The notes beneath the pieces are model-generated. The model was given only the letters and a program-made list of their open reading frames with translations. It was not told the origin of the DNA and did not search any database. The translations under genes and the position numbers were made by a program. A DNA stretch of 39,014 bases from Solirubrobacteraceae bacterium (GTDB taxonomy: Bacteria; Actinomycetota; Thermoleophilia; Solirubrobacterales; Solirubrobacteraceae): assembly GCA_035633075.1 (NCBI GenBank), contig DASQFQ010000060.1:1-39014 (forward strand), read 5' to 3'. Shown here one piece after another: positions 32,932 to 39,014 of this stretch (its first letter is position 1; each line of letters opens with the position of its first letter).

Positions 32932-33551
32932 AGCAGCGCGGGCAGCTCGGCCATGCGCGTGAAGATCCGCGCGCCGGCGAGCAGCGCGGGGTCCGTGCGG
33001 CCGGCGTAGCCCAGCGCCGTCATCCCCGCGGCGAGCGCCGCCTGCACGCCGGCGGGGCTGTCCTCGACGACCGCGCACTCCTCCGGCGCCCAGCCCATCC
33101 GCGCCGCGGCGTGCAGGAAGAGGTCGGGCGCCGGCTTGCCGTGCGTCACCTCGGTCGCGCTGAACAGCCGGCCCTCGAAGCGCCCGAGCAGGCCCGTGTG
33201 CCCGAGCGTGAACCGCATCTTCTCGTGTGAGCTGCTGGAGGCGACGCACCAGGGCAGCGCGATCCGGTCGAGCGCCGCGGCGATGCCTGGCACCGGCCGC
33301 AGCTCGCGCTCGAAGGCCGCGAAGACCTGGTCGAGGTAGCGCGCGCGCAGGTCGGTCGGGACTGCGCGGCCGAGCCGCTCCTCGACGATCTCGACGACAG
33401 AGGCCCACGAGCGGCCCATGAAGGTCGCCGTCGACTCCTCCGCCGTCATCGGCAGCCCAATGCCGGTGAGGGCCTCGGCGAGCACGCGGTTGGAGATCGG
33501 CTCGGAGTCCACGAGGACGCCGTCGCAGTCGAAGATCACGTTTTGCAGCAC
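32916..33551 (-). CDS. HAD-IA family hydrolase (beta-phosphoglucomutase-like)
   Basis: Motif I VIFDCDGVLVDSE, motif II VASSS, and motif III/IV K.APD...A......P..C.VVEDS..G..AA.AAGM. GTG start at 33551. Its 3' end overlaps the maoC 3' end by 16 nt (convergent). Confidence 0.84.
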   Translation of the reverse strand: MLQNVIFDCDGVLVDSEPISNRVLAEALTGIGLPMTAEESTATFMGRSWASVVEIVEERLGRAVPTDLRARYLDQVFAAFERELRPVPGIAAALDRIALPWCVASSSSHEKMRFTLGHTGLLGRFEGRLFSATEVTHGKPAPDLFLHAAARMGWAPEECAVVEDSPAGVQAALAAGMTALGYAGRTDPALLAGARIFTRMAELPALLQPPA

Positions 33552-33583
33552 GTGGGCCGGCAGTATGCGCGCCGGATGACGGG

Positions 33584-33721
33584 CTTCTCGATCAGGAGGA
33601 ATGGGACCGCGCCATCGCCCGCCGCCTCAAGGCGGCGTTCAACGTCACCCTGGGGGTGCTGCCAAGCATGCTGGAGCGCGGCGCCGGCCGCATCGTCACC
33701 GTCTCATCGCCCTCGGGGGGC
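33584..33721 (+). pseudogene. internal fragment of a short-chain dehydrogenase/reductase (SDR) gene
   Basis: The frame starting at 33578 reads DGLLDQEEWDRAIARRLKAAFNVTLGVLPSMLERGAGRIVTVSSPSGG. This matches the SDR central block (..eeWdr.i.vNl.g.f.....lp.M.erg.G.IvnisS..G). No start codon, no N-terminal TGxxxGxG and no downstream YxxxK are present. It is flanked by the HAD start and the SpoIID stop. Confidence 0.5.
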
Positions 33722-33749
33722 GGGGTCGACGCCGTCACCCCGGGCGCCA

Positions 33750-35207
33750 CTAACCCACGCGGATCGGCGCCCCGACCTCGTCGTGGTAGCGCACGCGGTA
33801 GCGGCCGCGACGCGTGACCGGGTAGGAGTAGCGCCCGCCGGCGCGGACTGCTGCCGAGCCGATCGTGACCCAGCGCCCGCCGAGGTGGTGCTGCACTGTG
33901 ACCAGCCCGCCGGGGAGCACGGGCAGCACCCGGCCCGCCACGGTGCCGAGAGAGGCACGGCGCACCATCCTGGCCGCCGGCGACACGCCGCCGGTCGGAT
34001 CGCCGGCCGCCTGCTGGCCCGGCTCGACGGGCGGCGCTCCCTCGGGTGCGGGCTCCTCGCCCGTGACGATGCTCGTAAAGAACGCCCACGAGTCGAACAG
34101 GCGGAGCCGCGCGCGCAGCTGCGCTCCCGTCGCGCGCGTTCGCCCGCCGGTACCGATCACGTCGGCCGCCACGATTCGCGGGGAGCGGCCGCGGGTGACG
34201 ACGTCGATGCCCCGGAAGTCTCCCTTCACGAGTGAGCCGAGCTTGCGGTCGGCCTGCTTGAAGCTCATGCGGATCGGGCCCCAGCGGTGGCGCGGCGAGG
34301 CGTCGTCGTAGGGGTCGTCGACCGATGTGAGCCACGGCTTGGGCTCGCGCCCGAGCGCGGTGTTCTCGACGTTCTCGGTGCGGCCCCCGGAGGTGGAGAA
34401 GAAGAACGTGACCACGGGCTGGCCCTGATAGGTGACGACCTCGCCGCGGGTCTGGATCACGGCGTTGGTGGTAGACGCCTCCTCCGCCGCGATGCCTCCG
34501 TAGACCTGCGAACGGGTGTCTGGATACTGGTCGAACGGCGCGCCCGGCTTGGAGGTGGCGATGGCATAGGTGCGCGCGGCCACGGCCTGCGCCTTGAGCG
34601 CCTCGATCGGCCAGGTGGGTGGGCTCTCGTCGGGCACGACGCCCATCAGGTACTGGTCGAGCGTCACGGCGTTGATGGCGTCGATGCCGGAGAAGAGCCC
34701 GGGGCGGAACTCGAGGGCGCCGCGATAGGCACCGCTCACGCGCCCGTTGGCGGCGCGGCCCTTGAGGACGAGCTGGCCGCCGCGGCCCGTGACCCGCAGA
34801 GGCGCCGCGTAGGTGCCCATGGGGCGCTTCCGCGAGGACAGCAGCTGGACCGAGGCGCCGCGGCGGCGCAGGTAGTAGGTCTCGGTGGGCTGCAGCCGGC
34901 GCGCGCCGGCCCGCATGGCGCCGGTGATCGCCGCAAAGCCGTGCGCGGACTGCAGTAGCACGCGCACGACCCGGCCGCGCTCGACCGTGCCGATGTCGGT
35001 GCCGGTGTAGTAGTGGCGCAGGATCGAGCGGTAGTCGGCGCCGCGCTGGGCGAAGCCGAAGGCGCCGTACTGGCTCATGCCGACCCCGTGGCCGAAGCCC
35101 GCGCCGCGGATCGTGAACCTCGAGGCGGCCGACGCCGCCCCGGCGAGCGCCAGGCACAGCAGCAGCGTGGTCACGAGCACGCAGGAAAGGGTCCGGGCGG
35201 CCATCAT
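33750..35207 (-). CDS. SpoIID/LytB domain protein, secreted
   Basis: Signal peptide MMAARTLSCVLVTTLLLCLALAGAASA. Then GHGVGMSQYGA, YL.GVVP.E.P..WP.EALKAQAVAARTYA, D.RSQVY.G and FFFSTSGGRTEN. The start is set at ATG 35207; codons between it and TTG 35240 are A/T-ending. Confidence 0.85.
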   Translation of the reverse strand: MMAARTLSCVLVTTLLLCLALAGAASAASRFTIRGAGFGHGVGMSQYGAFGFAQRGADYRSILRHYYTGTDIGTVERGRVVRVLLQSAHGFAAITGAMRAGARRLQPTETYYLRRRGASVQLLSSRKRPMGTYAAPLRVTGRGGQLVLKGRAANGRVSGAYRGALEFRPGLFSGIDAINAVTLDQYLMGVVPDESPPTWPIEALKAQAVAARTYAIATSKPGAPFDQYPDTRSQVYGGIAAEEASTTNAVIQTRGEVVTYQGQPVVTFFFSTSGGRTENVENTALGREPKPWLTSVDDPYDDASPRHRWGPIRMSFKQADRKLGSLVKGDFRGIDVVTRGRSPRIVAADVIGTGGRTRATGAQLRARLRLFDSWAFFTSIVTGEEPAPEGAPPVEPGQQAAGDPTGGVSPAARMVRRASLGTVAGRVLPVLPGGLVTVQHHLGGRWVTIGSAAVRAGGRYSYPVTRRGRYRVRYHDEVGAPIRVG

Positions 35208-35222
35208 GGGAAGGGTCACGGC

Positions 35223-35228
35223 TACGTT
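35223..35228 (+). promoter_or_regulatory. candidate -10 hexamer TACGTT for the ALS-like/gabD/pdxH operon
   Basis: It lies in a 47-nt divergent spacer. TACGTT is 26 nt upstream of TTG 35255, with the G-rich SD-like run GGGGGGAGAAG in between. The complementary strand reads TAACGT (35229-35224), a possible overlapping -10 for the SpoIID gene. Pattern match only. Confidence 0.25.
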
Positions 35229-35254
35229 AGCCGGACACAATCGGGGGGGAGAAG

Positions 35255-36907
35255 TTGCGGGGCATCGAGCGCAAGGCGTCGGACCTGTTCGTGGAGTGCC
35301 TCGAGGTCGAGGGCGTCAAGTACGTCTTTGGCATCCCCGGCGAGGAGACGCTCGACCTCAACGAGTCGCTCGCCAATTCGTCGGTCGCCTTCGTACCGGT
35401 TCGCCACGAACAGGGCGGGGCCTACATGGCCGACATGTACGGCCGGCTGACGCAACGCGCCGGCGTCTGCCTGGGGACGCTCGGCCCGGGCGCCACCAAC
35501 CTCGTCACCGGAGTCGCCGACGCGCTGCTCGATCACTCACCGCTCGTCGCCCTCACGGGCCAGGGCGACCTCGAGCGCATGCACAAGCAGTCCCACCAGT
35601 ACATCGACGTGATGGCGTTGATGAAGCCTGTGACGAAGTGGAACGCGCGCCTGAACTCCTCACACATCATTCCCGAGGTCGTGCGCAAGGCGTTCAAGGT
35701 CGCGCAGGCCCAGAAGCCGGGGCCGACCCACATCGAGCTGCCCGAGGACGTCATGGCGGAGGCGGTGGACGCCGAGCCGCTCCCCGCGCGGACCGAGGCG
35801 CGCTCGCCCGAGCCCTCCGCGCCGGAGCTGCTCAAGGCCGTCGGCATCATCCGCTCGGCGATCAACCCCGTGGTCCTGGCCGGTAACGGCGTCGCCCGGG
35901 TCGGCGCCGCGCCCGCGCTGCGCGAGTTCGCCCGCGCCACGGGCATCGGCGTGGCCGAGACCTTCATGGGCAAGGGGCTGCTCGACTACGAGGACCTGTG
36001 CGCCCTGGGCACCGTCGGGCTGCAGTCGCGCGACTACGCGCTGGCCGGCTTCGAGGACGCCGACGTGGTCATCACCGTCGGCTACGACCTCGTCGAGCAC
36101 GCGCCCAAGAACTGGAACCCCTCCCGGGACAAGAAGATCGTCTGCGTCGACACCGTCTCGGCAGAGGTCGACGAGTACTTCATGACCGAGGTCGACCTCA
36201 TCGGCGACCTCTACCACATCCTCACCCGGCTGGCCGAGGAGCTGCGCGACGCCCCCCACGACACCGGCGACTCGCGGCTCAACGACATCGTGCTCGGCCG
36301 CTTCGAGTCCGCCAAGGACGACGACGGATTCCCCATGCAGCCCCCGCGGGCGCTGTGGGAGATCCGCCAGGCGCTCGGCCGGCGCGACCTGCTGATCTCC
36401 GACGTCGGCCTGCACAAGCTGTGGATCGCCCGCATGTTCCCCGCCCACGAGCCCAACACCGTGCTCATCGCCAACGGGCTCGCCGGCATGGGCATCGCCC
36501 TGCCCACGGCCATCGCCGCCAAGCTCGTGTATCCCGATCGCCACGTGGTGACCGTCAACGGGGACGGCGGCTTCCTCATGAACTGCCAGGAGCTCGAGAC
36601 GGCGATGCGCCTGCGCACCGCGATCGTCAACGTGATCTGGGAGAACTCGCAGTTCGGATCGATCGTGTGGAAGCAGGACAAGAAGTTCGGCCGCCACTTC
36701 GGCACGGACTTCGGCAACCCCGACTTCGTCAAGCTGGCCGACGCCTTCGGGATGCCGGCCTGGCGCTGCGAGTCGGTCGAGGACCTCGGGCGCCACCTGC
36801 GCCACGCCCTGACGCTCGACGTCACCTCCCTGATCGTCCTGCCGATCGACTACTCGATCGACGTGTCAATTTCGGAAGAACTCGGAACGGAGACGGTTGT
36901 CGCATGA
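35255..36907 (+). CDS. acetolactate synthase-like thiamine-diphosphate enzyme (AlsS / 2-oxoacid decarboxylase family)
   Basis: FGIPGEE, VRHEQGGAYMADMYGR, LGPGATNL..GVADA and the ThDP motif GDGGFLMNCQELET. 550 aa. TTG start preceded by a G-rich SD. Confidence 0.88.
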   Translation: MRGIERKASDLFVECLEVEGVKYVFGIPGEETLDLNESLANSSVAFVPVRHEQGGAYMADMYGRLTQRAGVCLGTLGPGATNLVTGVADALLDHSPLVALTGQGDLERMHKQSHQYIDVMALMKPVTKWNARLNSSHIIPEVVRKAFKVAQAQKPGPTHIELPEDVMAEAVDAEPLPARTEARSPEPSAPELLKAVGIIRSAINPVVLAGNGVARVGAAPALREFARATGIGVAETFMGKGLLDYEDLCALGTVGLQSRDYALAGFEDADVVITVGYDLVEHAPKNWNPSRDKKIVCVDTVSAEVDEYFMTEVDLIGDLYHILTRLAEELRDAPHDTGDSRLNDIVLGRFESAKDDDGFPMQPPRALWEIRQALGRRDLLISDVGLHKLWIARMFPAHEPNTVLIANGLAGMGIALPTAIAAKLVYPDRHVVTVNGDGGFLMNCQELETAMRLRTAIVNVIWENSQFGSIVWKQDKKFGRHFGTDFGNPDFVKLADAFGMPAWRCESVEDLGRHLRHALTLDVTSLIVLPIDYSIDVSISEELGTETVVA

Positions 36908-38373
36908 GCACCACCGCAGAGTCAGAACGCACCGTCCTGGACTCAGTCCCGACCCAGCTCTATATCGGCGGGGAGTGGCGCGACGCCTCCGGTGGGGCGA
37001 CGCTCAGCGTCGAGGACCCCTCGACCGCCGAGTCGATCGCCTCGGTGGCCGACGCCACACCCGACGATGCCACCGCGGCGCTCGATGCCGCGTGCGCCGT
37101 GCAGCAGGAGTGGGCGAAGCACCCGCCGCGCGAACGCGGCGAGATCCTGCGCCGGGCCTACGAGGCGATCACCGAGCGCTCCGACGAGCTGGCGCTGGTC
37201 ATGACGCTCGAGATGGGCAAGCCGCTCGCGGAGTCCAAGGCCGAGATCGCGTACGCCTCGGAGTTCTTCCGCTGGTTCGCCGAGGAGGCCGTGCGCATCG
37301 AGGGACGCTACGCGACCGCCCCCAACGGGCAGGGCCGGCTGCTGACCATGCGCCAGCCCGTCGGGCCCTGCTACATGATCACGCCCTGGAACTTCCCGAT
37401 GGCGATGGGCACACGCAAGATCGGCCCCGCCGTCGCCGCGGGCTGCACGATGGTGATGAAGCCCGCGCAACAGACGCCGCTGTCGATGCTTGCGCTCGCG
37501 CAGATCCTCGAGGAGGCCGGGCTGCCGGCGGGCGTGCTCAACGTGGTCACCTCGAGCTCCTCGAGCGAGGTGTCCAAGCCGATCCTGTCGGATCCCCGGC
37601 TGCGCAAGTTGACCTTCACGGGCTCCACGGAGGTCGGGCGCAAGCTCGTGGAGCAGTCCGCGCTGGGGCTGCTGCGCACGTCGATGGAGCTGGGCGGCAA
37701 CGCCCCCTTCCTGGTCTTCGAGGACGCCGACGTCGACGCCGCCATCGAGGGTGCGCTGATCGCCAAGATGCGCAACATGGGCGAGGCGTGCACGGCGGCC
37801 AACCGCTTCCACGTCGCCGACCCCGTCCGGGACGAGTTCACCGAGAAGCTCGCCGGCAAGCTCGCCGACATGCCGGTCGGCCGGGGCACCGAGGAGGACG
37901 TCAAAGTCGGCCCCCTGATCGACGCGGACCAGCGCGATAAGGTCGCCGAGCTCGTCGACGACGCCGTGCGCAAGGGCGCGACCGCCGTCCTCGGCGGCCG
38001 CGGGCGCGACGGCGCCGGGTACTTCTTCGAGCCGACGGTGCTCGCGGGCGTGCCCGGGGACGCCCGCCTGCTCAAGGAGGAGATCTTCGGCCCGGTGGCG
38101 CCCGTGGCGAGCTTCGACGACGAGGAGGCCGCCGTCGCGGCGGCCAACGACACCGAGTTCGGCCTCGTCGCCTACGTCTACACGTCCGACGTCAAGCGGG
38201 CGTTCCGGGTCTGCGAGGCGCTCGAGACCGGCATGGTCGGGCTCAACCAGGGCCTCGTGTCCAACCCGGCGGCCCCGTTCGGCGGCGTCAAGGCGTCGGG
38301 CTTCGGGCGCGAGGGCGGCACCGAGGGCATCCACGAGTACCTCGAGGTCAAGTACGTCGCGATGAACCTCTGA
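36904..38373 (+). CDS. gabD: NAD(P)+-dependent succinate-semialdehyde dehydrogenase
   Basis: 489 aa from ATG 36904, overlapping the upstream stop (ATGA). It carries PWNFP, KPA.QTP, FTGST.VG, MELGGNAP, GEACTAANR (catalytic Cys), EEIFGPV and PFGG.K.SG.GREG, with GabD-like N-terminal LYIGGEW. Confidence 0.9.
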   Translation: MSTTAESERTVLDSVPTQLYIGGEWRDASGGATLSVEDPSTAESIASVADATPDDATAALDAACAVQQEWAKHPPRERGEILRRAYEAITERSDELALVMTLEMGKPLAESKAEIAYASEFFRWFAEEAVRIEGRYATAPNGQGRLLTMRQPVGPCYMITPWNFPMAMGTRKIGPAVAAGCTMVMKPAQQTPLSMLALAQILEEAGLPAGVLNVVTSSSSSEVSKPILSDPRLRKLTFTGSTEVGRKLVEQSALGLLRTSMELGGNAPFLVFEDADVDAAIEGALIAKMRNMGEACTAANRFHVADPVRDEFTEKLAGKLADMPVGRGTEEDVKVGPLIDADQRDKVAELVDDAVRKGATAVLGGRGRDGAGYFFEPTVLAGVPGDARLLKEEIFGPVAPVASFDDEEAAVAAANDTEFGLVAYVYTSDVKRAFRVCEALETGMVGLNQGLVSNPAAPFGGVKASGFGREGGTEGIHEYLEVKYVAMNL

Positions 38374-38377
38374 CGTA

Positions 38378-38953
38378 GTGGACCCGCTCGCCGAGGCACG
38401 GCGCTGGTACGAGGAGGCGGTCGCCGCCGGGGTCCCGGAGGCCAACGCGATGGCGCTCGCGACCACGGGCCCGGACGGGCGTCCGTGCGTGCGCTTCGTG
38501 CTGTTCAAGAGCCTCGACGAGCGGGGCGTGACGTTCCACAGCAACTACGAGAGCCGCAAGGGCCGCGAGCTGGCCGCCAACCCGCGTGCGGCGTTGGCGG
38601 TCTGGTGGCAGCCTGTCGGTCGCCAGGTGCGGATGGAGGGCACCGTCGCGCGCCTGCCCGCCGACGAGTCCGACGCCTACTTCGCCACGCGCCCGCGCGA
38701 GCGCCGGCTGGGCGCCTGGGCCTCGCGCCAGGGCAGCGTGCTGCCGAGCCTCGAGGCGCTCCAGGAGCGCGTGTGCCAGCTGGGCGAGCAGTTCGGCGAC
38801 GAGGAGGTCCCGCGGCCGGACTGGTGGGGCGGCTACCTGCTGCGCCCCGACGTCATCGAGCTGTGGGAGCGCGGCGGCGAGCGCCTGCACGACCGCACGC
38901 ACTTCGGGCGCCTCCCGGACGGGAGCTGGGAGGCCGCGCGGCTGGCGCCCTGA
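38378..38953 (+). CDS. pdxH: pyridoxamine 5'-phosphate oxidase
   Basis: MALAT....G.P..R.VL.K..D.RG..F.SNY.S.KG.EL..NP.AAL...W....RQVR.EG, WG.Y.L.P...E.W and a C-terminal RL.P pattern. GTG start 4 nt after the gabD stop. Confidence 0.9.
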   Translation: MDPLAEARRWYEEAVAAGVPEANAMALATTGPDGRPCVRFVLFKSLDERGVTFHSNYESRKGRELAANPRAALAVWWQPVGRQVRMEGTVARLPADESDAYFATRPRERRLGAWASRQGSVLPSLEALQERVCQLGEQFGDEEVPRPDWWGGYLLRPDVIELWERGGERLHDRTHFGRLPDGSWEAARLAP

Positions 38954-39014
38954 TGCGCGAGGGGCGGGCCGGCATACAGCGCCTGCAGGCGTTGCTCGAC
39001 GACAGCATCGAGCG
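38953..39014 (+). CDS. 5' end of an unidentified CDS (partial; runs off the window)
   Basis: ATG at 38953 shares one base with the pdxH stop (TGATG). It reads MREGRAGIQRLQALLDDSIE with G/C-ending codons. Too short to assign. Confidence 0.3.
   Translation, partial: MREGRAGIQRLQALLDDSIE

Overview
This is a very GC-rich, gene-dense bacterial chromosomal segment; GC is well above 65% by eye and was not computed. I call about 40 CDS with almost no intergenic space. Gene content looks Actinomycetota-like: a DUF3107 small protein, MpaB/DUF2236, a class-III (mycothiol-type) ADH and a stand-alone 5'-3' exonuclease. The phylum, and any finer placement such as Thermoleophilia or Rubrobacteria, is a guess.

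The window is core housekeeping rather than an accessory island. It contains:
- **Tetrapyrrole and heme export:** a long minus-strand cluster, sirC-moaB-ccmABC(D)-hemA-hemC-cobA/hemD.
- **c-di-GMP enzymes:** a CHASE-like/PAS/GGDEF/EAL sensor and a pseudo-receiver GGDEF protein.
- **Nucleic acid and translation factors:** dtd, birA, rarA, ychF, an SF2 helicase and a 5'-3' exonuclease.
- **Metabolism:** galT, mce, pdxH, and an ALS-like ThDP enzyme coupled to gabD.
- **Envelope and proteolysis:** a short ftsH paralogue and a SpoIID/LytB protein.

I saw no rRNA, tRNA, CRISPR, IS/transposase, integrase, phage or recognisable defence genes. I cannot point to a convincing complete novel system.

Many ORF-track entries are not genes. 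Some are run-on N-terminal extensions of real genes. Others are codon-aligned antisense shadows, which are typical of high GC3. I trimmed starts using neighbouring stops, family N-termini and hand-read third-position GC.

Twelve adjacent gene pairs share a 4-nt NTGA stop/start overlap, which suggests extensive translational coupling.

Observations most worth a second look:
1. A 39-nt cassette, 35/39 identical, covers the upstream junction, the start codon and the first codons of two unrelated genes (GNAT and cobA/hemD).
2. The heme exporter ccmABCD is embedded between sirC/moaB and hemA in one coupled operon.
3. An ALDH-fold protein lacks all four catalytic or cofactor residues and is coupled to rarA.
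4. An ALS-like ThDP enzyme overlaps gabD, reminiscent of the 2-oxoglutarate decarboxylase/SSADH TCA bypass.
5. An internal SDR gene relic sits in the only sizeable unassigned gap.
6. A PAP2 gene appears to have only a CTG start, reached through a TAATG / 3-codon ORF / CTGA relay.
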